64,000 nucleotides of DNA from Isurus oxyrinchus (Eukaryota): assembly GCA_026770705.1 (NCBI GenBank), contig JANJGN010000001.1, positions 116,002,001 to 116,066,000 on the forward strand, written 5' to 3'. The stretch's first letter is position 1; each line of letters starts with the position of its first letter. The translations under genes were made by a program, and so were the position numbers. The notes beneath the pieces were generated by a model. That model worked only from the letters and a program-made list of their open reading frames with translations. It ran no database searches and was not told the DNA's origin. Shown one piece after another: positions 51,571 to 64,000 of the stretch.

Positions 51571-52241
51571 GTGCTTTGATGGTTTCACAAAGCCATGTAA
51601 TAGTGATATCATTTTCAGCTCAGACAGATTCAGACTTCATAAATAAACAAGCTGAAAGCCTTATTTTGCTATTTTTTTTCTTGAGGGTTACGCAAGATTA
51701 AATATTTTGGCTTTTACAAGGAAGGGAAACAAACTGCTTGCTTGCAAAGAAACATTGCATGAATGTTATTGAGACCAATTTTGTTCCCTCAAATGATTAC
51801 AACAAAATGTCTTTGTTTCCCTCAAGCCAACATGACCTTTCAGTGGATGTAAATTAGCCCCATGACTTTCCAACTTTTACCTTGTGAAGCTATTCATCTT
51901 GGTTTTTAAGATTCTATATGCAGACTCAAAGCGGCAATTATCGTGGGCTATTCCATCTCTGTCTTAATTATGCACCTATCATGTTTTCCCCTTCTCTGTA
52001 CTCCTTCATAGTGTTGACAATAGAAAGCTTTCATGTTTGGCATCAAAATGTTGAAAAGTATCAAAGTGGTCCGTATGCGTGGTGGTGTGAGGCAGAGAGC
52101 ATGGCAACTCCCTTATCATTTCCTTATCATATCCAAATTGAGAAGAACATTCACTGGAACTTGGCTGTGGTAAATCAGGTGTGGATGCTCATCACATTGT
52201 TAGGAAATACCTGAAAGAATGTCACATTTTGTGAAGGTATT

Positions 52242-54185
52242 GGGCAGATTTTGACTTTGCGTTTGACAGTTTGTGTCTAGGCAATGGGTAGCACATCCTA
52301 ACCAAGGCCCAGCTTTTTGCCATGATGGAGAGGCTTTCTGTTGTGGCAAAAATAGTGGAAGTGGCCGAAAATCCTAAGTCCCACTCCCAAACCTGGCACT
52401 TCCCATCTTAAGAGGTTGGAATAGGGGGCGGGCACGTTCTCATATGCGTGGTTTACAGAGGTGGCTGGCTATTTAAATTATCATCTGCCTCCACTGAAGT
52501 GTGATTTTAGTAGGCCAGGGTTGTGAAACCCAAAGTGTACAGATTAGACGAGGTAAGAGCAGGTCTGAATTTTGCGGATTCATTTGAATAGCCATAGTAC
52601 TCCTTTGGATCTGGTCCCGGACACCTTTATGGGAGGCCAGGTGCCCTTTGCGGTAGGTCAAGTGCCCTTTGGAATTGTTAAAATTAGTCATAAATATGTG
52701 TAAAAAATACATAAACCCATTACTGTCAAGCTCATTGGAACTATCAACAGACCTGTCAAAATCAATTATCAAGACTGTCAGAAGCAGCTGGCAAGAGAAC
52801 CTGTCAAAGGGACCTGTCAAGCTGTCACAGCATTTTCAAGTCCTGGCCTTTACATCCTTGAAAATAATGCCTAGAGTGTTAAAAAAAGATTGCTTGCTAT
52901 TTCGCTCTGTCTGCAGACATAAGCCTGAGGGTTTCCATTACTGGATTAGTGCTCCATGACTGATTTCACAACCATTTATTATCACCCTAGGGTGCCTGCC
53001 TTTTCACAGTTTGATTGACAGCTACAAGTGGTTACAGTCTCTGATGTGGGACTATGAATTCCAATGCTTGTTGTTATAAGGGATTGTGCACTTGAATCAA
53101 ATGTTCATTGTTATAAGCCTTTATTTATTTGAAGGACTGTAAATGTAGTAAATGGGTTTTTATGAATGAGAGAGTTTTTTCCAATATAGTGGAGTCTGCA
53201 ATACACACTCAGGCAGGATGTTCCCTTCGTCAGTTGCACAGGGTCGGCAGGCCCGGGATTGGCCATCAGACGGACTGCTGCCTGTGATTATGCCCCGAAC
53301 GTGATTTCACAGTGGCTGGCCAATTAACGACCAGCCAGCGTAAAAGGTGTGCTGAGAGCCTCAGCACTGCTGGGGGCAGGGGGCGGGAGGGGCCCGAGTG
53401 CTAAAGTGGCCGCATATGCGGTGGAGCATTCACTGAAAGCTCCCTGAGGGCACAGAGCTGCCTCAGGGAGCTGAAGAATTTTACAATGAGAAACAAAGAT
53501 TTTAAAAATAAGGGAAACATGCCCCCGCATGTGATTCCATCACATGAGCAGGGACATATTAAAAATGATGTTTAAAAATTTTTAATTTCTCTATTTACTG
53601 TTGGAAGCCTCATCATCCCCCATGGATGAGATTTCTTAAAAAATGCAAAGGCCACCTAGCCTATTTGCCCTCCTGCCAACCATAAGCTTGGATGGGCAGT
53701 GAAAAATACAAATCAGTTGCTAGATTAATGCCCTTAATAGGCCTCTTAACTGTCAGTGGGCACGTTGCCAACTCTTGCGTGCGTTCACCAACCAAAATAT
53801 CGCGCGCGTGTGTGATGACATCAGGATGCTCGCCCAACATCATCACACACTATTTTACTCCTGTTTGGGTTGGGCGCACACGGGATGTAGTTCTGCCCTT
53901 AGATTTTTATTTTAAAGAACTTTATTTTATCTCATCTGTGCATGGGTCCTGAGGTCTGCCCATGATGGATGCCAGGTGATATGGCATAATGCGTGTAACG
54001 GCAAATGATGATGTGTGAGGGACGTTTGTTGGAATGAGTTGACACTAAGTTGGTATCGGGGCTATAAAGGGCCATGGGGTAGGATGGAAGGTATGAGGGG
54101 TTATGGGGATGGGTGGAGGGGCATGAGGTGGCATGGATTGTCATGGGGGCTCTGTGGACATGGAGGAGTGAGGGCTGGAGGGATG
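52242..54185. mobile_element. Inverted paralog of the non-coding element at 18692-20450
   Basis: Starts GGGCAGATTTT; long reverse-complement match, e.g. 52450-52590 versus 20100-20240. Confidence 0.75.
53212..53898. mobile_element. Harbinger MITE nested in 52242-54185
   Basis: Termini GGCAGGATGTTCCC / TAGTTCTGCCC, flanks TCA/TTA. The paralogous site near 19465 is empty with a single TTA. Confidence 0.8.
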
Positions 54186-54189
54186 TTTC

Positions 54190-54365
54190 ATGCATCAACT
54201 ATCTCATTAGCCACTTCTTTCAAGACCTTAGGGTGACGTCCGTCTGGACCTGGGGATTTGTCAGCCTGCAGCCCCAACAATTTGCTCAATACCACTTCCT
54301 TGGTGACTGTAATTTTCCCAAGTTCCTCCCTCCCTTTCATTTCCTGATTTACAGAATATCCTGGA
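54190..54365 (-). mobile_element. CR1 ORF2 internal fragment
   Basis: VLSKLLGLQADKSPGPDGRHPKVLKEVANEIVDA. Confidence 0.85.
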
Positions 54366-55669
54366 TGATGACTTTGTGGCAGCAGAAGAAACAATTTCAA
54401 AAGGAGGCAATGGCTCTCAGCACAGGCCTCCCATGTCAGCTCCCTTGATCAGGCACTGAGTACCTTTGAAAACCCGCATGGATTTTCTTGCTGTGCTCAC
54501 CGCATAGTGCACTTCTTGCCTGCTGCTGGGTTAATGCCAGCAGCGACGGGTTAAGCTCCTTAAGTGGCATTAATTGGCCACTTAAGGACTTCAATTGGTA
54601 GTGTGGCGTGAAGTCCGTCCACAGGCCATCCCACCACAGACTTCATTGGGGTGGGGGGGGAGGGGGATATTTTTGACCCTTTGTGGCTGGTCTGGTAGCC
54701 TCCAGCTTGATGGGGATTCTTGATTTTTGCAGTTCTTGTTTTTTAATAGGGAGGCTAGTGCGCAGGCTGCACTTTGTGTTAGTTGGTGGGTTGTGGCTGT
54801 CTCTGGTGCTCTGTCTGGCTGTTGATTCATGTGTAAGTTTGGGTGGTCGGTGCTGGTGGCTCGTTGGCCATAGGGGTACCCGACTCTCCAAGTATGAAAC
54901 TGGCGAGAGGCAGGCTGGCACTGGCCACCTGGTGGAGTTGTCAGTAGAACCTGTCTCATTTTCCAGGTTACCTCTCAATTGTGTGCAGTAAACAAGCTGC
55001 CAATGCAAATCTCATTTCTCACAGGAAACTCGCTGATTAGGGGGTAGAAAATCAAGTGCTGCTGAAATTTCTTGAGATCCTGCAACCGCTTAAAGGGAAG
55101 GTCAGTTTTCACTGTGGCCAAACTGAAAAAGCACATTGTGAATCCACACCAAGATGTGCAGAGGAAGAAGAATTCCAAGGCAATAAAATTTTCAGATACT
55201 GTTCTGGAAATGTTGATGGGATTCCTCTACTCCTTGGATGGTTAATGGTTGCCACAGCAAGTTGATGAATGGATAGGTGGCAGATCAGCGGAGCCCCAGA
55301 GAAATATTCTAGGTGATTGTTTTCAGCCATTGGCCTCTCTGGGTATTCTGTGGATCAATGTGTCTGAATTTCCTCAAGGTTTTGCCAGGCTCCTGCCAAA
55401 ACTCCACCAGAGGTTTAGCAGAACCTGGCAGAAAAGAGTCAGGACCCAGTTATGGAGCATTCCCACCAATTTCAGAATTTCCTGGTTGGCCTTTTGAAGG
55501 GCACAAACTCTACCTGCCTCTTACAAGGTCTAGTGGGAGCATAAGTGGGGGCTGGGGAGTGGGGTTAAGGGGGTTGGGCGGAATGCACAGATGGAAAAGT
55601 GGAATCAGAACAAAAACAGAATTACCTGGAAAAACTCAGCAGGTCTGGCAGAATCGGCGGAGAAGAAAA

Positions 55670-55710
55670 GAGTTGACGTTTCGAGTCCTCATGACCCTTC
55701 GACAGAATTT
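55670..55710 (-). ncRNA. Hammerhead-ribozyme-like motif (variant core)
   Basis: Minus strand AAUU-CUGUCGA-A-GGGUC AUGAG GACUC-GAAA-CG-UC-AACU. Confidence 0.55.
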
Positions 55711-56098
55711 GATTTCGAGTCCAAGAAAGAGTTGAAATATAAGCTGGTTTAAGGTGTGTGTGTGGGGGGGCGGAGAGATAGAGAGAGAGAAAGGTGCTTG
55801 TGTAGACAAACAAGCAGTGATAGAAGCAGATCATCAAAAGATGTCAGCGACAATGGTACAAAAGAACACATAGGTGTTAAAGTTAAAGTTGGTGATATTA
55901 TCTAATCGAATGTGCTAATTAAGAATGGATGGTAGGGCACTCAAGGTACAGCTCTAGTGGGGGTGGGGGGAGCATAAAAGATTTTAAAATATTTAAAAAT
56001 AATGGAAATAGGTGGGAAAAGAAAAATCTATAAAATTTATAGGGAAAAAAAGGGGAAAAAGGGGGAAACAGAAAGGGGGTGGGGATGGGGGAGGGAGC

Positions 56099-56428
56099 TC
56101 ACGACCTAAAGTTGTTGAATTCAATATTCAGACCGGAAGGCTGTAAGGTGCCTAGTCGGAAGATGAGGTGTTGTTCCTCCAGTTTGCGTTGGGCTTCACT
56201 GGAACAATGCAGTAAGCCAAGGACAGACATGTGGGCAAGAGAGCAGGGTGGAGTGTTAAAATGGCAAGCGATAGGGAGGTTTGGGTCATTCTTGCGGACA
56301 GACCGCAGGTGTTCTGCAAAGCGGTCGCCCAGTTTACGTTTGGTCTCTCCAATGTAGAGGAGACCACATTGGGAGCAACGAATGCAGTAGACTAAGTTGG
56401 GAGAAATGCAAGTGAAATGCTGCTTCAC
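56099..56428 (-). pseudogene. Penelope GIY-YIG endonuclease domain, open frame but 5'-truncated element
   Basis: FTCISPNLVYCIRCSQCGLLYIGETKRKLGDRFAEHLRSV...HFN...EQHLIFRLGTLQPSGLN. Confidence 0.9.
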
Positions 56429-58371
56429 TTGAAAGGAATGTTTGGGCCCTTGGACGGTGAGGAGAGAGGAAGTGAAGGGGCAGGTGTTACATCTTTTGCG
56501 TGGGCATGGGGTGGTGCTATAGGAGGGGGTTGAGGAGTAGGGGGTGATGGAGGAGTGGACCAGGGTGTCCCGGAGGGAGCGATCCCTATGGAATACCGAT
56601 AAGGGGGGTGAAGGGAAGATGTGTTTGGTGGTGGCATCATGCTGGAGTTGGCGGAAATGGCGGAGGATGATCCTTTGAATGCGGAGGCTGTTGGGGTGAT
56701 AAGTGAGGACAAGGGGGACCCTATCATGTTTCTGGGAGGGAGGAGAAGGCGTGAGGGCGGATGCGCGGGAAGTGGAATCAGAGTTGGGCTCTCACTGGAA
56801 CGGATGACTTGCTCGGTTAAGTATGGACCCGATGTCCTGATAAAGGTTAAGGTGTATCGGCCTCCAGGTGGGCACTAATCAATATTCTGGTCAGTGAGTT
56901 CAACTGAATACTTGATTATTAATGTAATTATTATTCTTTAAAAATTGGTTTGTTCCAGTCTGCCGTTCAGCTAGGAAAGCACAAAATTGTCTTCGGATGA
57001 ACTGAGCAAGCATTCCCCCCACCCAACACTCCCACAGTGCTAGACCTTGTAGCTAAACAGGGCATGTAGACACTGGAAACATGCCCATATTGACGTGGCT
57101 GCCCGGCCCCCTGTTAACAGAGTCACAGCTCAAGGGCAACAGCAGGCATAATTCAGGTGTGATCAACAGGTTTGCAGCCCACGGATGGTGTTAGCATGCT
57201 CCTTTTTTGGCCTGATTTCTGCCTGGTGCTGTCATCAATCTTTAACTTTAAACTTTGAATACAGCGTCGGAGCCCCAAGGTAGGCCTTCTGCCCAGTCTG
57301 CCTCCCCACCCAGCTTCCTCCTCGGTTCTTCCTGGGTCAGTCTACCCCGACTTCTAATCCAACCCACCTACCACCGTCCTCCTACCACTGGACCAAAAAT
57401 CTGATGTCTGGGCAGCCATTTCTAACGGTTGGATTTGTGGAGCTTGGAATTCTCCCGTCTCTGTGCATCAAACTCAGGAGCGAAAATCCGGGCAAGTGTT
57501 TGATGTCAACAAGTCTGAACTCCAAACTATTTTGATGGTTGGGTTGGGTTTACATTTAATTGGTTACATATACATGTGGTTCCAGCCAATTGGAGGACAG
57601 CCCTTTCCCAGGCCTCACATTTATTTAAAGCTAGTTTTCCCTTTACTCCCCTGAAATCATTGCTGAAATTTTGTGTGATCTGTACTGCAAAAGGTCCAGA
57701 CTCCTTGGTACAGAAACACAGTGATTGAGTCCTTGTGGACAGGGTAAGGCTCTGCAGGCTGATCCACTGTCCCCTGAATAGTTAGAGAATAACAATACAG
57801 GTTTTACAGGAGGTCTTGAAGGAGCCTAGCAATGTAAATACATGGATCATAATCCCTAGCACATTGGTTCAACACTGGAAGCACTTCAACTACGTGACCT
57901 GGACAGCAAGACAATGAATTATGTATTGTAATCTATATTTTTCTGCATTACTCCTGGCCACTGCAATCACTGCACACAGCATCCCTCACCCCCATCCCCA
58001 TTCCCACTCCCAGCACTTGGAGCACTTTTCTCCCAATTTTTGAAAGCCTCTCCTCCAATCATAATGTGACACAGATTTGACTCTCCTCATTTCAGTCACA
58101 CATTCACCCACTGCTGCTCTCACAACAAAAACAAACAGCTTTCTGCTTTTATCTGGTCGAAACTAAAAACTATTTTACTCCTCTGCTGAGTGCTTTCACA
58201 TTTCACACAGCAGCTGCTTTCTTGAAAATGACCACTTTTCTTTCTTGATCGCAAATTGCTGCTTCTTCCGCTCAGCATGCACACTATATGAAGCTGCCTT
58301 GTACATCCACACAACCCATTACAACAAGCACACCCACTGACTCCCCCCTTTGAAAGGAAAAGCTGGCTGTC

Positions 58372-59190
58372 AACAACAACTTGCATTTCTAAAGCATCTT
58401 TAACACAGAAAAAAACATCCCAAGGTGCTTCACAGGAGCAATATCGAACAAAATTTGTTGCAGTATCACAAAAAGAAATAATGCCTTGGATTTCAAGGGC
58501 AGTGACATAGTGATGGTGCACGCAGTGTGGATTTTCCCTTTCCCAATGTCAAGTTGAATCTGGCCCCAAATCTAGGGGATTTCAAGGTGCCCAGCAACAG
58601 TAATATCAACAAGATGAGTAAACAGCCAATCACATTGCAGTATTCTCACAGACACCCAACCAGGAGGTAAAATGCACTGAATTTTTCATTTTTAATTAAA
58701 GTTTTATAGAGAACGCAATTGATGATTAGCCTGATCTGTTTTTTCCTTCAGGGTGTGTGAGGAAGCATGGAATCATAGACAGCAACTTTTGGATTTCTGT
58801 GTTTAATTGCATACGTGCAAACTCCAGAAAATGCAATTAGTTTCAGAGGAATAAGAAGGGTAAATACTGGCAGTTTTGCCGTCATAACTACTGCAAAAGC
58901 TGGGCCATTAGGACAAGTTTTGAAGAATGCCTTAAAGGAGGAGAAGAAAGGATGCAAGGCAAAGATGTTTAAAGAGGAAATTCCAGAGCTTAGGGCTTAG
59001 CCAACTCAAGGAATAGCTGATGGGATAGAGGAAAAGCCGCACCAATTGGAGAGATGAAAATCAGGGACGTGCAAGAAGCCAGAATTGGAGGAATGCAGGG
59101 ATTGTCAGGCTGAAGGAGGTTAGATCAAAAGGGAGGGACAAGGCCACAGAGGGATTTGAAAGCAAGCATGAGATCTGACCAGGAATTTGG
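58372..59190 (-). mobile_element. L2-like LINE 3' fragment interrupted by a MITE (about 58527-58907)
   Basis: Tail ACAACAACTTGCATTT...CCCAAGGTGCTTCACAGG. Body resumes after an insert with termini GTGGATTTTCCC / AAAAGCTGGGCC. Confidence 0.5.
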
Positions 59191-60039
59191 TGGGGCAATG
59201 GGAGGGGATATGGGGTGAAATCCTGGCAGTGTCATCCATTAAAATTTGTCCAGAGAACAAAAATATTGTTTGCGCCATGGCACCATTGGCCCCATTACTC
59301 GAGTTGCATCTCAACTGCAATCAGGCCGGCTGCCAACCAGGAAGCAGAGAATTTTAAAAAATGAAGCCTATTTTCAAGTTCACCCAAAACCTCCAAGTAA
59401 TCTCTTCCTCCTGGTTTCCTCATCACTATAATACCCACCCCCTAAACTCCCTCTCTCTCCACTTCCACCTGACCGTAAATGTCCGGGCCAATGAATTATA
59501 GATAGTCATTGTAAAAGAACGAGAGACTAATAGGCTTGAATTCATATAGTATCTTTCATGACTTTAGGATGTCCCAAAGTGCTTTAGATCAAATTAAGTA
59601 CTTTTGAAGTGTAATATTATGATTACTGTTAAGTAGTTTACGATTTAAGATGTAAAAAGGAGTGTCACAAGTGTCATAAATCGCTTATCACGACACAACA
59701 AAAAAAAATTGCTGAAGCTGTATTCTCAGAAGTCATTTTAATTTCCTCTAATTCAATCCTTCCTTTGTTATGATACATGAATGCCAAAAAATTGTTTTAT
59801 TTTTCCTTCAAAAGCAAGCTGATCACACTGGGCTTTGTAGGATAGATTCAGGCAATTTATTAGCAATATTAGCAATTTTACTTATTTTCCCACATTGGGC
59901 TTTGGAAGATAGGATCTGGCCTGTTGACCACATGAGTACATAAAGACCAATATAAATTATACTCAAGAGTCACTTAATAATTAAGTTGCTTGACCTTTGT
60001 ATCTATTTTGCTCATTCCCTGCAGTGCTGAACAGATAAA

Positions 60040-60830
60040 GATGGTCTCTGCTTTCGGAAACGTCAACATCAAACCCAGCCCTGTTGACCCTGCAAAGTTC
60101 TCCTTACTAACTTCTGGGGTCTTGTGCCAAAATTAGGAGAGCTGTCTCACAGACTAGTCAATCAACAGCCTGATGTACTCATACTCATGGAATCATGCCT
60201 TACAGACAATATCCGCCATCACCATCCCTGGGTGTGTCCTGTCCCACTGACAGGACAGAACCACCAGGGGTGGCTGCACAGTGGTGTACAGCCGGGAGGG
60301 AGTAGCCCTGGGAGTCCTTAGCGTTGACTCTGGATCCCATGAAGTCTCATGGCATCAGGTCAAACATGAGCAAGGAAATCTCCAGCTGATTATCACCTAC
60401 CGCTCACCAGGGCCCATATTCAGCTGATGAATCAGTACTCTCCCATGTTGAACAGCACTTGGAGGAAGCACTGAGGGTGAAAAGTGCACAGAACGTACTC
60501 TGGGTGAGGGAGATTCAATATCCATCACCAAGAGCGGCTCGGTAGCACCACAAAAAGAGGGGAAAAGCCACTTGACCTTGGCCTCATCAATCTACTTGTC
60601 ACAGGTGCATCTGTCTATGACAGTATTGGTAAGAGTGACTACCGTACTGCCCTGGTGGATACAAAGTCTCATCTTCACGTTGAGGATGCCCTGCATTATG
60701 TTGTGTGGCACTACCACTGTGCTAACTGGGAAATTCTAAATGGATTTAGTAGGTCAAAACTGGGCATCCATGAGGTGCTGTAGGTCATCAGCAGCAGAAT
60801 TGTATTTCACAACCTGTAACATCATTGGCC
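60040..60830 (+). mobile_element. LINE apurinic-endonuclease domain remnant (probably HER1-type)
   Basis: GLVPKLGELSHRLVNQQPDVLILMESCL, QDRTTRGG, YRSP, NVLWV..FNIHHQE, LDL and SDY(H) motifs across frameshifts. Confidence 0.8.
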
Positions 60831-61239
60831 ATAACATTCAAACTCTCCAGCATCAGGTTTAGGAGTACCTCAAAGATGCGCTGGGGAATCCCTCTCGGAA
60901 GTTCCCAGGTAACGGTTTGCATGGCAATTGCCCAGAAATCCGAACATCCTCTGGACAATTGCCCTGCACTGGGAACCATCGGAAAATGTGACTTAAATCA
61001 CAAACTTTGTATGTTTCCACCAGAGTTACAACAATAGATACCCAGAAAAAGTTAGGAGAATTAAAACCTCTTCTAACTCCTGGGTAACTACTGTAAACAT
61101 CCAGACCGACCCCATGGGACACCCCCCACTCTCCCAAAGCCCCCTCCACAAGGACTCCCCCCCGCACTGTGGGCCTGCAACCCTGACCGCTGATCGCCCC
61201 TGTGGGCCCAACCTGACCCTGCCAACTTCCAACACCCCC

Positions 61240-61465
61240 CTGATCTCCAGTCCCCCAACACCTCAACCGAACCTCTCAAAATCCAACCCCTCACATCTGA
61301 CCTCCAACCCCCCCAGCCCCTGACCTCCAAACCCCCACCCCCCAACCTCAGACCCTTCCACATGCCAAGCCCCTGACCTCCGACCCCCCACCCGACCACC
61401 CAACTCCCCAACCTCTGGCCCCCTGACCTCCAAAACCAACATCCCTGCACCCCCTGACCTCTGGT
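61240..61465. repeat. C-rich degenerate repeat (CCCTGACCTCC core) inside a MITE-like segment
   Basis: TGACCTCC/TGATCTCC recurs at least six times with C-rich spacers. Confidence 0.6.
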
Positions 61466-61489
61466 GGCCCATACTTGAAGCCCTTGATA

Positions 61490-62262
61490 TCCGCTACTTT
61501 ACTTGAAAGGAGTTTTTGGATTCTTGGATGGTGAGGCAGCAAAGAGGCAGGTGTTGCATCTTCTGCAATTGCATAGGAAGGTGCCATGGGAAGGGGATGA
61601 GGAGTTGGGGGTTATTGACTAGGGTGTCACAGAGGGAATGGGGGGGTGGGTGATGAGGGGAAGATGTGTTTGGTGGTGTCATTATGCTGGAGTTGGCAGA
61701 AATGGTGGAAGGTAAACCTTTGAATGCAGAGGCTTGTAGGGTGAAAAGTGAGGACAAAGGGTCCCTATCATGGTTCTGGGAGGGAAGGGAAGTGGCAAGG
61801 GCAGAGGTGTGGGAGATGGGTCAGACACTGTTGAAGGCCCTGTTAACCACAATAGAGGGGAAGCCTCAGCTAAGGAAAAAGGAAGATATGCCAGAAGTGC
61901 TGTTTTGGAAGGTAGCATCATTGGAACAGATGTGATGGAGGTGGATGAATTGGAAATGGGATGAGTCCTTACAGGAAACATGGTGTGAGGAGCTGCAGTT
62001 GACGTAGCTGTGGGAGTCGGTGGGTTTGTGATAAATATTAGGAGATATCTATCACCAGAAATGGAAACAGAAAGAGAAAGGAAGTGTCAGAGATGGGCCA
62101 TGTAAAGATGAGAGAGGAGTGGAAATTGGAAGTCAAATCGCTAAATTTTTCCAGATCCAGTTGAGAGCATGAAGTGGCACCAACACAGTCATCGATGTAC
62201 CAAACAAAGAGTTGTATGGAGGGGGACTGAGAAGGGCTGGAACAAGGAATGTTCCACATACT
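61490..62262 (-). mobile_element. Older Penelope-like element internal fragment (RT end)
   Basis: QLFVWYIDDCVGATSCS (YIDD motif); 61500-61830 parallels 56425-56770. Confidence 0.85.
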
Positions 62263-62959
62263 AAGGAATTTTGTACAAGGGTGTTAAACATTGTTCTGCT
62301 GATATTGTGAACAGAGTTCTTAGGGATCATACAATGTACATTGTATCTGTAAAAATATGTCGTTATAAGCATTGCTTCGGCAGTCAACTCTCTCATAGAC
62401 AACATTTTTATAAAGTTTTATTGCGATGGATTCTTTCAGTTTGTTCCGAATTAGAAGTTAGATAAGCAATATTTGTACCTTTATGTTTTTCCACAAGATC
62501 CTTGAATATTAGGAGCTTCAGGGTTAAAAAAGGTAGAAGTTTGGAACTTCAGAGGAGAAGGGAGTACTACCCAATCATGAGGAGCTGGATGTGCCTGTGA
62601 AAGCCAAAGAGATGAAAATGTTACAGCGAAATCTATAAGAGAAGCAGAATGTACAGTTGGGTCCCAGAAGAAGATTTTATGCACATGTCTTCAACAGAGT
62701 CAATGGGGGGAGTCTTACATGGAGGCGGTGGCCCTGCCTGTTGTAGGGTGTTGGATACCATTCAGTAGGTCCTATTGAAGTCTTTGTAGTCTCAAGTAGG
62801 TTAACATATGTACAGTTAAGAATCCAAGCTAGGAATTGTCTCCATGCTTGCTTGTGCACACAGCTCTGTCCAACACTAGATTGACCCTGAGTGCAGTAAT
62901 GTGTTCTTTTACATCACTGTGTGTCTTACTATACTCAATCCCACGATAACTCTATATGT

Positions 62960-63568
62960 GCCAGACCCTTTTATTACACTGCCCACTGGCTTAAAAGTTG
63001 GGGCAAGCCTGCCTCCACTTGGCTGGGTTGTCCTGAGCCAACTTTATGGTGTCAGCCTGTTAATTGCCTTGGGCGAGACATCCATCCTTATCTCAGAGGA
63101 AGTTCTGCCTCTGTGTTGGCCCATCAGATGGCTGGCAGCTCTCTAGTGGTGGCCACTGCTGAGAACACAGGCAGTCTTCAATGAAGAAGAGCCATGTTGC
63201 CAGCCACCCAGGTAAGTCTAGGGTTATGCAGGGGCCAGGCTGACAGGTCCCAGCAAAAGAAGTGGATACTGGGTTTGACAGGATGGGGGAGGGAGGGAAC
63301 ATGTTGGGGCCGGGGGTTATGTGTGGTGGAAACTACCTTGAGCACAGGAGGCACCCAACACCCCTCCAGTTGGCAGCAAGGCTGCCAGTAGCCACTTGGC
63401 CTGGCCACCTGCCACTTAAGGGCCTCAATTGGCCTGGTGCCTTGCTGCTGATAAAACACCAATGGCTGTAGGTAGGCAACAAGCAAACCACTGCCATGGT
63501 GCCTGATTTTACATACTCCCTTCTCCTGCCAGCCAGCCTGCTCCTGGATGGCTGTAAAGTTCCACCCA
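62960..63568. mobile_element. Harbinger-type MITE
   Basis: GCCACTTAAGGGCCTCAATTGGCC subterminal motif; ends TAAAGTTCCACCC. Left boundary approximate. Confidence 0.5.
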
Positions 63569-64000
63569 ATATTGCCAAAGGGAAAAAATTATTTAGAATT
63601 GAAGGAAATATACTTCAAAATTTATTTTGAATTTATGCAAAGTTGTTTCTTTAGCAGGATAAGATGAAGTCATGAATGGGTGCTGAAATTGGAGGTCATA
63701 GTTCCTCACAATGAGCATTTTCTCTAGCTCTATGGAATACCAGCATTTTTCACTGAGCCAGATATATTCATGAACACTTCAATGTTTCATATAATTATTA
63801 CCTGACCATGCCTAGGTATTACATTTGGCATACTTATGATGACATAAACTAATGATGACTATTGCTGCTGTGTGGATATTTCCATTGACTCCTGAAATTG
63901 TAGAGTGTACTAGCACAGCGGGGCCCTGCAAAAAACAATGTCATGACTCTTGAAGGTCGGAATATTGTCTGCATTAGTAATAAATTGTCAACTAGCCAGT

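Larger units (their letters stand above)
55610..56769 (-). mobile_element. Young 5'-truncated Penelope-like element
   Basis: Perfect 13-bp direct repeat AAGTGGAATCAGA at 55597-55609 and 56770-56782; GIY-YIG domain; CpGs retained. Confidence 0.92.

Noticed and set aside
62490-62760. Purine-rich candidate coding exon
   Set aside because: Stops in all three + frames within short distances and no recognisable protein motif.

Overview
Repeat-dominated vertebrate DNA, most likely from a cartilaginous fish. That is inferred from HE1-type and Deu-domain SINEs and their partner LINEs. I could not support any intact host protein-coding exon, so the window looks intronic or intergenic. PIF/Harbinger DNA transposons dominate: one full-length decayed element (27561-32188) with a HARBI1-like transposase on + and a spliced Myb/SANT gene on -, several internally deleted copies that keep Myb exon 1, and MITEs. 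Also present are CR1 and HER1-type LINE fragments, three Penelope-like elements (two with hammerhead-ribozyme-like cores), a Ty3/Gypsy gag-pol remnant, nested solo-LTR-like elements, a hAT MITE and three minisatellites. The most notable structure is an intronless, polyadenylated retrocopy of the proteasome regulator PI31 (PSMF1, CDS 33269-34077). It is inserted in sense orientation, with a degenerate 11-bp target-site duplication, inside exon 1 of a Harbinger Myb/SANT gene. All calls are by eye and recalled family motifs; no searches were run.
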